This document shows positions 19,802 through 28,867 of a DNA stretch of 64,000 bases, in pieces. Where the stretch lies: positions 21,778-85,777 of the forward strand of contig JBKQQP010000006.1 in the NCBI GenBank assembly GCA_052144335.1, given 5' to 3'. The notes under the pieces are model-generated. The model made no database searches. It was not told the origin of the DNA and was given only the letters and a program-made list of their open reading frames with translations. How positions within the stretch are numbered: position 1 is the first letter of the stretch; the number at the start of each line of letters is the position of its first letter. This stretch comes from Syntrophales bacterium. GTDB taxonomy: Bacteria; Desulfobacterota; Syntrophia; Syntrophales; UBA2185. Both the position numbers and the translations under genes were made by a program.

Positions 19802-22696
19802 CTATTCGGCGGCAACTCGGGCGACGGTTTCGATAGCAATTGCTGTCACGGCCGCTCCATAGTCAAGATCAATGTTGATCATCGTATCGTGGCTATCATG
19901 ATATCCCTGACGGCTGATGTCATAATTCTCCATGAAAAGAACCACCGGTATGCCTGAATCAGAGAAGATCTGGGCATCGGTATTATAAAGAGTGCTCTTG
20001 GGATCAAGAGGTAAACGAATTTCACCATCAAGTTTCAGCTGTAACGCCATCTCCGGCACCGTTTTTCCATCAGAACCTCGTTTTCCTCGAGGACATCTGC
20101 GACGGGACGGCCTCATATTCCAGATATCAGTAGAGGCGTTCCATATTTCATTAGCCATATGGGCTTGATAAGCTAACCACAATGATTCCCTTCCCATTCC
20201 TGGAGATATTTGAAATTTGTCACTTTCACTGTCATTGTTATGTGCAACCATATCAAGAATAAACACGCCTTGAATTTGTACATCTGATAGGTCTTTTTCC
20301 TTGTCCTTTGATAAGCGGAATTTCAATGCACCCTCTATAAGCTGTTGGGATAGATTACGTGCTCCGAGACAGTCTGATGGGAATTCCTCGCCGGTCAAAT
20401 GAATAAGCCAGATATCGCAACCGAGCTTACCTTCTTTGCTGAGTTCGCAAAAGATGGGAGCAGCACGCATCAGCGCTGCGGTTGCGGAGTGGTTATCATC
20501 TGCCCCGGCCGACGCAAGACGCGCGCCGGAACCGCCTTTCTCCTTGTAGTAAATGTCCTCCATGTATGCGGTGTCATAATGATCCGCCATGATAACCGCC
20601 CGACGGCGATCACGCCCTGGAATCACAATTAGGAGATTTCGTTCCTCAAGTCGCCCCAGTTGATCATTTGCCCAACCTCCCCACCAGTCGAAATCAAAAT
20701 CAGTTTGCCATCGGAAAGGCAGGTCTCCCACCAGTGCCTTTCCCTTCATTCCACATTCAGCGATGACTCGCCTATAGTAGGAAAGCAGGTAATTCCCAAG
20801 CCCTTCCAGGTCCCGATGATGATGCTTCAACATCCTTTGAGTCACAGCGTCCAGGATGCAGTCAGAATTGGCTTTGTTCTTATATTCACCGGTCGATAGA
20901 TGAAGGATGTCCCTCCAATATCGCACTTCAAAAGAACGAACAGCAGTGCGGTCAAAAGTTAGCGAGGCGGGCAGCCCTTTTCTTCCTGAAATTGGTAGAA
21001 TTCGCTTCCTGCGCTCGATCTGATCCTGTAACTGATTGGCGAGCATTTGCCCTTTTCTTTTATCGCCAGCAATCTCCGGCAAAGATTCGAGCCATGCATC
21101 AAGAGTCTTATTTTCCGGCAGCATCAATATCTGTCTTGCAAAAGTAGAAGAAAGCTTTCTCTTGCCGATGCATTCGCGCGCTCCCAACAGATTCAGTGCT
21201 CTTGTAACTGTTTTTTGCTCATGTTTCTTATCCTTAAAAAGTTCGATGACGGCCATATGCGCGTTTCGTTTGTAAATGCTTGGCCAGAGCTCGATTGGAT
21301 GATCTAAATCAGCATGCCGCTCTGCGTTATAGGCAGTAAGATATCCCATAAGAGTGTCATGTAACACGGCTGGCTTATCCGTATTGCGGGGTATGTACGC
21401 TATGAGAGGGCGATGCCAGTAGGCTTGGTATGATCCTATGCACATCGGTGGATATTGAAATCTGTATCCGAACATGCCACCTCGATTGATTGACTTGACG
21501 GCAGCGTCAATTTCGGCTCTGGTTGCGTCTGGGCCATCGAGCAATAGCTGGCAGTCCTGAGTCCAGATCTGGCTGTTACGCGCCATGGGCTTCCCGTACA
21601 GATCCAGGTCTTTTGGATTTGTGCTGAAAAGCACATTGGCGATATGATCCTGACGCCCGGGAGTAGCAAGCTCATCTTCGTAACGGTGCACCTTTGCCCA
21701 TCGATGGGTTCGCCGGAAGGTGCTTCTAATCGGTCCAAAATCTTCATTGGGCAAAGGATGGTCGGGCCGTGGTATATGCATCCAGCCGGATTGAGGCACA
21801 CGCAGTCCATAAGGAGACTCATGACGCTCCACAAGACTCAGCAAGGGAATCTGGTTGGCCATCGTTAATTCTCGCTGCATTTTGATATAACCGGGGATAC
21901 CCCAGAAAAGCAAGCTGCCCGGGAAAGGCAGTAAGTTTAGTTCCCCAGTGAAATAAGCCATTTTCAAATCCGCGGGAAGTCCTTCGAATGGTTCAAAATT
22001 CAGGAGATACTTAACATCTTTCAGTGACATTCCCCTTTGCCAGACGAAAGGCGCTGTCCATAGTGGCCGGAGATTATTGTATAGATCGTCATCCTTAACA
22101 GAAATGCGAAACCCGGCACCACGGAGATCAGATAATTTGTCGAAAGGTTCGCCATAGGCGGCATGGAGAATCATTCTAATAAAATCCATTCCCCTTTCTG
22201 ATGGGAGCTCACTACCATCGGAGGTGAAAAAACTCTTCCAGAAAGGACGGACTGGCCCCTGTTCACTGCTGCCAAAGAATGTCCACCTTCTCCTGCCCTT
22301 GTCATCATGGGTGAGGGAAAGAGCAAGTGGTAGAAGCAAAACGAAGCGTTCATGATTTAACGCTTCTGCCTGCTTGGCAAGCTCCGGAGGCCAGTAGGGG
22401 TTATTGACTAATTTGTTCTTGGCAAGGTGTCTAGTGGGTTCCCCGCAAACCAGATGAACCAGAGACTCCAGAACTTGATGGGCGATATTCTCCAGCCCCG
22501 GACGTAATTCGTAATACTCTTCATACTCTGTGATCGGAAACCCGCAAGGGTCCTTTTCAGAGAGAAATCCGTCCATCATTCCGCCATAGGGTTTACAACC
22601 TAAATAGATCGGCGGCATGAACTCGGAATAAGCCGCGATAGGGTGTTGTCCTTGTCCTCCGAATGAACAACTATCTACTAATTTTTCCCAACCCAC
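19802..22696 (-). CDS. 964-aa protein: unrecognised ~650-aa N-terminal region plus C-terminal M28-like metallopeptidase domain
   Basis: GTG start. The C-terminus has ADHYDT...GADDNHSATAALM...HLTGEEFPSDCLGAR...LDMVAHN, which gives the H/D/E/D/H metal-ligand order of M28 aminopeptidases. I cannot assign the N-terminus to any family. Confidence 0.6.
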   Translation of the reverse strand: MGWEKLVDSCSFGGQGQHPIAAYSEFMPPIYLGCKPYGGMMDGFLSEKDPCGFPITEYEEYYELRPGLENIAHQVLESLVHLVCGEPTRHLAKNKLVNNPYWPPELAKQAEALNHERFVLLLPLALSLTHDDKGRRRWTFFGSSEQGPVRPFWKSFFTSDGSELPSERGMDFIRMILHAAYGEPFDKLSDLRGAGFRISVKDDDLYNNLRPLWTAPFVWQRGMSLKDVKYLLNFEPFEGLPADLKMAYFTGELNLLPFPGSLLFWGIPGYIKMQRELTMANQIPLLSLVERHESPYGLRVPQSGWMHIPRPDHPLPNEDFGPIRSTFRRTHRWAKVHRYEDELATPGRQDHIANVLFSTNPKDLDLYGKPMARNSQIWTQDCQLLLDGPDATRAEIDAAVKSINRGGMFGYRFQYPPMCIGSYQAYWHRPLIAYIPRNTDKPAVLHDTLMGYLTAYNAERHADLDHPIELWPSIYKRNAHMAVIELFKDKKHEQKTVTRALNLLGARECIGKRKLSSTFARQILMLPENKTLDAWLESLPEIAGDKRKGQMLANQLQDQIERRKRILPISGRKGLPASLTFDRTAVRSFEVRYWRDILHLSTGEYKNKANSDCILDAVTQRMLKHHHRDLEGLGNYLLSYYRRVIAECGMKGKALVGDLPFRWQTDFDFDWWGGWANDQLGRLEERNLLIVIPGRDRRRAVIMADHYDTAYMEDIYYKEKGGSGARLASAGADDNHSATAALMRAAPIFCELSKEGKLGCDIWLIHLTGEEFPSDCLGARNLSQQLIEGALKFRLSKDKEKDLSDVQIQGVFILDMVAHNNDSESDKFQISPGMGRESLWLAYQAHMANEIWNASTDIWNMRPSRRRCPRGKRGSDGKTVPEMALQLKLDGEIRLPLDPKSTLYNTDAQIFSDSGIPVVLFMENYDISRQGYHDSHDTMINIDLDYGAAVTAIAIETVARVAAE

Positions 22697-22809
22697 GACT
22701 TTTGTGTTATTCTCCTTGTGATCTCATTTACAGGTTACTCCCAAAAAAATTGGACTCACAATTACAAGTCTGCTGAAGGTTTAGTCGAAATTGACCAAAC
22801 TCTTTGCAG

Positions 22810-22855
22810 TTGGCGCGCCCACCAGGAGTCGAACCTGGGGCCTTTGGATTCGTAG
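22810..22855 (-). repeat. Island-distal att repeat: duplicated 3-prime 45 nt of tRNA-Arg plus 1 nt
   Basis: TTGGCGCGCCCACCAGGAGTCGAACCTGGGGCCTTTGGATTCGTAG is identical over 46 bp to 38651-38696. Confidence 0.9.
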
Positions 22856-23108
22856 ACCCCCAAACTAAAAAAGGCTGAACGTGCCGAAACCCTTGCGCAG
22901 CTTCACTTTGCGCGATATTTAACATAAAAATTAGGGAGCGTCTATCATTAGTTTTATGCAGTTTTTCCGAGTTGAATCTATTAGCGTTAGTGACATAAAA
23001 GTTACAAAATGATATAGTGATTGAGGCCATAGGGCAGATCACCCGAAAAGCCATAACCGCAATGGCCTGGGCCTCATTGATAACGCGGGCTATCGTACGG
23101 GGGTAGTA

Positions 23109-23801
23109 ATGGTCGGGCAAGAGGAAGTATATATAGCGGAAAATGAGGTTTTAAAGTCCGGTATCTTCAGATTAGATCAATATGGCTTCCCTATAGGCAT
23201 CTACAAATTAACAGCAAACAAAGCACTAAGTAAAAGGGACATATTGGATGTGCACGTTCAAGAGTTGCAGAAATTCCTGCACCGCCTGGAGTACTTATAC
23301 TCCTTATACATAACAGAAAAAACAGAAAACCCGGACAGATTGAAGCGTGAGGCCATTAACACTGAACAACGATCATTTCAACAGCGATTGTATGAGTTGA
23401 TTGAAACCTATGCGCTGGACAAATCAGCACTTGAGCCACAATTAAAAAGCTTCCTTAAAAAAATCAATAAGCGGATAGAAGTGGGAATTAAGAAAAACAA
23501 GCGCCTTACTCGAATAATACAAGGCCGTCGAAGAGAATGGCGATACGCCTTCTTGATAACAATGCTGGACCATCAATTACGGAAACTACGATTGAAAGGC
23601 GATAAGGAACTTACGAAAGAAGATCGCTTTTATTATATAAGCCATTTCTTGATCGGGACTAGCATCGAAAAACAAGAAGAGCCGAACGGATATAAAAAGC
23701 TATTTAACCGTTTGTGGCGATACGATTATAGAGATAGCCATAGACGTAAAAATATTGTGACAACCTCTAATATTCCTGCCTTCCGTTCTAATCATCCATA
23801 G
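23109..23801 (+). CDS. Hypothetical protein (island)
   Basis: 230-aa basic, helical ORF with no recognisable motifs. Confidence 0.4.
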   Translation: MVGQEEVYIAENEVLKSGIFRLDQYGFPIGIYKLTANKALSKRDILDVHVQELQKFLHRLEYLYSLYITEKTENPDRLKREAINTEQRSFQQRLYELIETYALDKSALEPQLKSFLKKINKRIEVGIKKNKRLTRIIQGRRREWRYAFLITMLDHQLRKLRLKGDKELTKEDRFYYISHFLIGTSIEKQEEPNGYKKLFNRLWRYDYRDSHRRKNIVTTSNIPAFRSNHP

Positions 23802-23999
23802 TTTATTAAATCTGTCATTATGACATTTCTACTCTCCTTTTTTTGTCTTTTTTAACCCCCTTTTGTCACACTATAATTAAGCAATTACGCATACATACGC
23901 TTTACTTCTTTCTATCTTTATGTTTTACCCTGCCTTAGGTGAATTGATGATCTTCTATGCTTTTAGAGAGAATTTATAAATTTTGTGGAGGTTGAAGAA

Positions 24000-24191
24000 A
24001 TGGAAAACGCAGAGCTTCTAACCATCAGCGAAATGGCAAAGCGTCTTAAAGTGCCCCTGTCCTGGTTATATGCCCGGACGCGAATCAAGGACGTTAATAC
24101 CATCCCCCATGTACGGATTGGGAAGTATATCAGATTCAATGAAGCTGAAGTTATGACCTGGCTTAAGCATAAATACAGTGACGATGTGTGA
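24000..24191 (+). CDS. AlpA/excisionase-family HTH DNA-binding protein
   Basis: LLTISEMAKRLKVPLSWLYARTR....IPHVRIGKYIRFNEAEVMTWL is the typical excisionase-type winged helix. The ATG at 24000 follows a GTGGAGG site. Confidence 0.7.
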   Translation: MENAELLTISEMAKRLKVPLSWLYARTRIKDVNTIPHVRIGKYIRFNEAEVMTWLKHKYSDDV

Positions 24192-24231
24192 ACGAGGGAA
24201 TTCGGGATAGGATTCTTAAGAGGGGTATCTT

Positions 24232-26157
24232 GTGGGTAAATTTCTAAAGCCGATTTTTGCTAACATTCCAGAGGAACTTACAAAGCTAAATCAATGGGTG
24301 CTTTTCCGGGCAGAGATACGTGACGGCAAAGAAACAAAACCATTGCACAAACCGGGCGGGGAATATGCGAAGTCCAATAATTCTTCAACCTGGTCAACCT
24401 TTGATGCTGTTAAAAAGGCTTTAGATCGCTTCGACGGTATAGGCTTTGTGTTGACGAAAGATGATCCTTTTGTTGGTATAGACTTTGACAAGTGTTACTG
24501 CCCCGCCTTTGAGATCATTGATCCGACTGTCAAACAGCATATCAAATCAATCAACACTTACACAGAAATTAGTCCGTCCGGTAAGGGTATCCGGGCATTA
24601 CTCCGGGGCAATCTTCCTGTGGATGGCAGAAAAAACGGTCGTGTAGAGATTTATCAATCTAAGCGGTATGTGACCATTACGGGCCATCGGTTGCCCGGTT
24701 ATCCTGCCACTATCGAAGCGAGACAGGCAGAATTGGAAACCTTCTACAAGACGGCATTTCCTGAGAGATCTGAAGATGCAAAACAGACCCCAGACAATGC
24801 GCGCCAAGTTTCTCAATCTCTCACCTGTGATTGGAAGGGCAGACTACAGGCCGGTTTCGGGTCTAAGAGCGGTGATAAAATTAAAAAGCTGTATGATGGC
24901 GATTGGTCAGATCATCCGTCACAAAGTGAGGGAGACATGGCCCTTTGCGCTCATCTTGCTTATTATCTTTCCGGTGATTTCTTGGCTATCGATCAGGCTT
25001 TCCGGAGATCGGGTCTTTTTCGGTCTAAATGGGATGAAAGACGCGGGGGACAAACCTATGGTCAAATGACCATTGATAAGGCTATCCAGGGGTGCACAGA
25101 ATTTTATCAGGAATCTATTAAATCCCCTGCCCATACACAGAAAAACCCCACCAGACTTCTCACAGAGGAAGACCAGTCACATATCGAGAGCGTGAGGCCG
25201 TATGATCCGCCCAAAATCTATACCTTAGAAGATGCCATTCTGGAATCACGAGACTTTCACAAGATCGAATTACCAGAAAAACAGAGCCTTATTCATCCGA
25301 TCATCCGCGAACAACAAATAATCCTTTTGTCTGGATGGCGCGGCGTAGGCAAGACTTGGGCTGGGCTTGGCATCGCCGATGCTGTCACGCGGGGCGAATC
25401 CTTTGGACCTTGGAAAACCGAAAAAACCGTCCCCTGTTTTTACCTTGACGGAGAGATGGCCGCGCAAGATCCTCGGGAACGTCTCAATTTATTAAATCCT
25501 AACAAGGAACGAAAAGCTTTTTTTTACATTTATTCGGACGCTTATGCAAATATCCTGGGCCTTCCCCGCGCTAATCTCATGTCCGAGAGATGGCGAACGG
25601 AAATGAAACGAATCTTAAGAGCACGCAAGGTCAAGCTCTGGATCATCGACAACATAGCTTCACTCGCCGGGGGGATTGATGAAAATTCAAAGAAGGATTG
25701 GGACCCGATAAACTCGTGGCTATTAGAACTTCGCTTTGCAGGGATTACCTCTATTCTCTTGCATCACGTCAATAAAGAAGGCGGACAGCGAGGAACGTCG
25801 GCGCGAGAGGATAACATTGACAGTTCGATAATCCTTAAACACCCACCCGATTATAAGTCGGAAGATGGCGCGGATTTTATCATGTCACACACAAAGAGCC
25901 GGGTTTCTCATCCAGATCTGTCTTTGATTCAAGACGTGCGTTTCAAATTAAGGCAAACAGAAAGCGGACACCTTGAATGGACCTGGCAATACATCAAAGC
26001 GGAGATCAGGTCTTCCGTACTCGATATGCTGAACGATCGCATCCCTGGAAATGAAATTGCAGACCAGCTCGGTATTTCAAAAGGCTATGTCAGCCGGATA
26101 AAGAAAGGCGCGATTGAGAAGGGCATTATAACCAGGCAAGGAAGGTATAAAGAGTGA
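24232..26157 (+). CDS. Replication protein: AEP primase-polymerase N-terminal domain fused to a RecA-like (RepA/AAA_25-type) ATPase and a C-terminal HTH
   Basis: Prim-Pol motifs VGIDFDKC and EISPSGKGIRALL. Walker A GWRGVGKTW. Walker B LWIIDNIASL. C-terminal NEIADQLGISKGYVSRIKK. Confidence 0.75.
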   Translation: MGKFLKPIFANIPEELTKLNQWVLFRAEIRDGKETKPLHKPGGEYAKSNNSSTWSTFDAVKKALDRFDGIGFVLTKDDPFVGIDFDKCYCPAFEIIDPTVKQHIKSINTYTEISPSGKGIRALLRGNLPVDGRKNGRVEIYQSKRYVTITGHRLPGYPATIEARQAELETFYKTAFPERSEDAKQTPDNARQVSQSLTCDWKGRLQAGFGSKSGDKIKKLYDGDWSDHPSQSEGDMALCAHLAYYLSGDFLAIDQAFRRSGLFRSKWDERRGGQTYGQMTIDKAIQGCTEFYQESIKSPAHTQKNPTRLLTEEDQSHIESVRPYDPPKIYTLEDAILESRDFHKIELPEKQSLIHPIIREQQIILLSGWRGVGKTWAGLGIADAVTRGESFGPWKTEKTVPCFYLDGEMAAQDPRERLNLLNPNKERKAFFYIYSDAYANILGLPRANLMSERWRTEMKRILRARKVKLWIIDNIASLAGGIDENSKKDWDPINSWLLELRFAGITSILLHHVNKEGGQRGTSAREDNIDSSIILKHPPDYKSEDGADFIMSHTKSRVSHPDLSLIQDVRFKLRQTESGHLEWTWQYIKAEIRSSVLDMLNDRIPGNEIADQLGISKGYVSRIKKGAIEKGIITRQGRYKE

Positions 26158-26182
26158 CCGCGAAAAATAGTAGACTTTTGAA

Positions 26183-26332
26183 TAAACTGAGCGGTGAATT
26201 TTTTATATTAAACTGATTAGTAAACCAGAGTAAACTGTCTTTGCAAGTTATGGATATATTAAAGAAAAAAGTTTACACATTAGTAAACCAGACAGTTTAG
26301 TTTACTACTCCCCCCGTCAGGGGAGTAAACTG
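26183..26332 (+). repeat. AGTAAAC / TAAACTG iteron cluster with a hairpin
   Basis: TAAACTG occurs at 26183, 26209, 26231 and 26325, and inverted at 26293. ATTAGTAAACCAGA occurs twice (26216 and 26279). There is a hairpin AGTTTACT(AC)TCCCC-CCGTCA-GGGGAGTAAACT. Confidence 0.6.
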
Positions 26333-26358
26333 TAAAAAGACCGGGTTTAAAACCTCTT

Positions 26359-26559
26359 ATGGCTAAAGAAAAACCACAGATTGCAAAACGCCTTTACACT
26401 TTGAAAGACGCAGCGGCTTATTTAGGAAGGCCCGTCTATGGGGTACGCTCATTGATATGGAGCGGCAAGCTGCCAGTGATCCAAACTGGGCGCAAGCAAT
26501 ATATAGACATACGTGACCTTGAATTTTATGTCGATAGAAGCAAAATAACGATGGTCTGA
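26359..26559 (+). CDS. Second excisionase-family (MerR-like) HTH protein
   Basis: LYTLKDAAAYLGRPVYGVRSLIWSGKLPVIQTGRKQYIDIRDLEFYV matches the excisionase DNA-binding domain pattern. Confidence 0.65.
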   Translation: MAKEKPQIAKRLYTLKDAAAYLGRPVYGVRSLIWSGKLPVIQTGRKQYIDIRDLEFYVDRSKITMV

Positions 26560-26584
26560 TGGAAAAAATTGGAAACGTATAGGC

Positions 26585-27045
26585 GCAACAAATGGCAACC
26601 ATACAGCGACACAAAGCGAAACTATGAATCAAAACGCATCATATAGGTAATGAACCAAAACGAACCACAATGCGGGGCAAAACGGGTCAATATATCTTGA
26701 ATCTGTGAAGGCGAGTCAAATCGAGTCATGAAAACGCAAGGATTAAATGTATTCGCCCTACACACACAGATTGATTGAATTAAAAACACGCGGCGGGACA
26801 AATCGGGACATAGCAGAGGCGAGACGCTTGCATTGCGAATCCATTGTCCCTTCTGTGATCCTTTATTTGCAAGGGTTTCCGAGGTTGTGTAACTGTCTTG
26901 TAACCATATTTTATGTCTTTAATGCTGAAGTGAATGGGGAAAATCAGGATAGAACAAATGACGATAAGCGAATCAAACAGAGTCATAGGCTCGCGATTAT
27001 ATGCCCCGGAGCTTCAAGGATACCCCGGGCGCAACAAATCGCAAC
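26585..27045 (+). repeat. Array of 15-bp units of the form GNNNC-AAAWS-GNNNC
   Basis: Exact units: GCAACAAATGGCAAC (26585), GAACCAAAACGAACC (26652), GAGTCAAATCGAGTC (26713), GGGACAAATCGGGAC (26795) and GCAACAAATCGCAAC (27031). There are several degenerate ones. The core CAAA(A/T)CG is present 6 times. Confidence 0.55.
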
Positions 27046-27109
27046 AAGGAAGCTACCCTGAAATGCCGACTGCTTGGAGGCATTGGTTAAGCTGAAAGAA
27101 AAAGAGCCA

Positions 27110-27149
27110 GGGGGGGAGGGGGGAGAGCGGCAGAGGGGGGGGGTATGGG
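27110..27149 (+). repeat. G-rich tract (G7, G6, G9, G3 runs)
   Basis: GGGGGGGAGGGGGGAGAGCGGCAGAGGGGGGGGGTATGGG lies about 130 bp upstream of the 27276 ORF. Confidence 0.8.
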
Positions 27150-27275
27150 ACCCGCTGAAGCCATTTCCGCTCTACACACAAGGCCCCAAAAAGTAAATTA
27201 ATAATTGGTACAGCGATTAACTTAGTATAGCCTACACGGTGCTTGACCCTCTGGGGCTTTATATTGGGATGAATT

Positions 27276-27593
27276 ATGAAACTTCTAAAATATATTGCAC
27301 CTCAAAAGCTGATCGTAAACGGAGATCCTTCACCTTGCGAGTGTACCGACCTTGTCATTTGTGCTTACTGTGTCCAGGTTAATCTGTTAGGACTTGAAAA
27401 GAAATTCAAGACCGATGAAAGCGCAACAAACAACGTCATAGCCTATATCAGGAGAAACGGTATACGCAAGACAGCAAGAGACCTTGATGTGCAGGATAGC
27501 AACGTAAGGTATTGGTTAAAGACTAAGAACGTCCCCCAATTTGTGATCCAAAAATACGCGGGTGCGCAACTCAATGAGTTACCCTACACGTAG
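27276..27593 (+). CDS. Hypothetical protein (Cys cluster plus HTH-like C-terminus)
   Basis: 105 aa with CECTDLVICAYC, then IRKTARDLDVQDSNVRYWLK. No family assignment. Confidence 0.4.
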   Translation: MKLLKYIAPQKLIVNGDPSPCECTDLVICAYCVQVNLLGLEKKFKTDESATNNVIAYIRRNGIRKTARDLDVQDSNVRYWLKTKNVPQFVIQKYAGAQLNELPYT

Positions 27594-27818
27594 CCTATTT
27601 TTTGCGCACTTGATACATTGAAATCATTGAGGTTTTTTGATCGATTTTTGGGACTTTGAGATATTACCCGAAGCAGATTTTGTGTAGTGCTTTTCCGTTG
27701 ATCTTTGAAATTCAATTCAAGGTGCGATAACAACCAGCCTGAAGTCGGTTGTAAGTGACGAAAGAAAACGAATCCCACTTGGGAAAGGATGGAAACAGAG
27801 TCACCTGGCTAACAACCA

Positions 27819-27930
27819 GGTAGGGCGCCTAACCGAAAGATGGCAATTTTTAGATTATTGCTTAGCACCCACAACTGTTCAGAGGGGGGCAGTTGTCAAG
27901 ATTGAGGATTACGAATGGAAAGTGAGTAAC
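27819..27930 (-). repeat. Cassette-junction repeat, copy A
   Basis: GGTAGGGCGCCTAACCGAAAGATGGCAA ... ACAACTG/CAGTTGT hairpin ... TTGAGGATTACGAATGGAAAGTGAGTAAC. It ends 7 nt from the stop of the 27938 gene. Confidence 0.7.
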
Positions 27931-27937
27931 ATAAAAA

Positions 27938-28540
27938 TCAACCGCGAAGGCACGCTTTAGTTGCCCTAATTTCCCGTTCGAGGAATTCATCTATAGACGG
28001 TTCATCCACGGGAGGCACTTCTTTTTCATCACTCTTTTTTCGCATCTTGCCAAACAATCCCTCAAACTCGCAATATACGGGTTCTTTGTAATCCTCACGA
28101 GCTTTTGCGATTCCTTTTTCAAATATGCACCAATAATATTCGATGTTCCATGATTGCACATCCCACACGACATCTTCGGGGATTGCGTTTATCTTGACGA
28201 ATGTTCCTAGCTCTTCAAAATAATTAGCAATATGCTCACAAGCTCCATCAAATTCTCGCTTCCCCTCTTTCCACCGACTACATACGTCGCAACGGACGCG
28301 TTGCATAATTTCCGAATCCCATCGCTCTTGAATTCTACAAACCGCTTGGACAACGTGAGACATCGCTTCAGTTTCCGTCTGTTTCGTCTGAAGCTTTACC
28401 TGCTTAGCGATGGAGAACACCTGCTTAACAATAAAGATAAGTGTAAGGGCTATAGCAACAAATTGGCAAAACGACCAAAACCATTCTGAGCCTATTCCCC
28501 AGTAGTGTGTTGGCATAACTTGCGTCACCTCATTCGTCAT
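27938..28540 (-). CDS. Hypothetical protein with a single N-terminal TM helix
   Basis: 200 aa. The TM segment WFWSFCQFVAIALTLIFIVKQVF is followed by a Cys/Trp-rich soluble domain. No catalytic motif was recognised. Confidence 0.5.
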   Translation of the reverse strand: MTNEVTQVMPTHYWGIGSEWFWSFCQFVAIALTLIFIVKQVFSIAKQVKLQTKQTETEAMSHVVQAVCRIQERWDSEIMQRVRCDVCSRWKEGKREFDGACEHIANYFEELGTFVKINAIPEDVVWDVQSWNIEYYWCIFEKGIAKAREDYKEPVYCEFEGLFGKMRKKSDEKEVPPVDEPSIDEFLEREIRATKACLRG

Positions 28541-28792
28541 AAAATCCCCACAAGGAATTGTATCACACTGCCTTGTGCTCTAACAGTGTTTATATGGAAC
28601 CGCATAACATCCCAACTCATTTACTGGACTGCTAATATCTTCCATTCCAATAAAGGAGATTTATAGAGATTCATTGATGAACGCTCATGTTCAAACCTTG
28701 GTACGTTACAGATTACTATTTGAAAGTATGGATGTCCGTCAAGATTATGGAAAACTCTCTTACAGGAAGAAGCAAAATATCCGCGCAAGGGG

Positions 28793-28867
28793 TCGTAGGA
28801 AGCCAACCGAAAATGGCACTTTAAAAAAGCTGTTTTCGTCTACAACTTACGAGCATGAATGGGCCGG
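28793..28867 (-). repeat. Cassette-junction repeat, compact copy C
   Basis: CGTAGGAAGCCAACCGAAAATGGCA ... CTACAACTTACGAGCATGAATGG. It abuts the stop codon at 28868. Confidence 0.55.

Noticed and set aside
22728-23120. 130-aa minus-strand ORF spanning the island-distal att site
   Set aside because: Part of it is simply a translation of the duplicated tRNA-Arg 3-prime fragment (…GSTPGGRA…). There are no coding features.
26747-27061. 104-aa plus-strand ORF inside the 15-mer repeat array
   Set aside because: It has no ribosome-binding site, a patchy composition and no motif. The region is better explained by the DNA repeat pattern.
27841-27903. Short peptides readable from the ATGGCA inside repeat copies A and B (MAIFRLLLSTHNCSEGGSCQD and MANYSCRAHLQLNVFENLRC)
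   Set aside because: The two peptides are unrelated in sequence, while the DNA boxes are conserved. Copy C gives only MAL*. The conservation is therefore at the nucleotide or RNA level, not the protein level.
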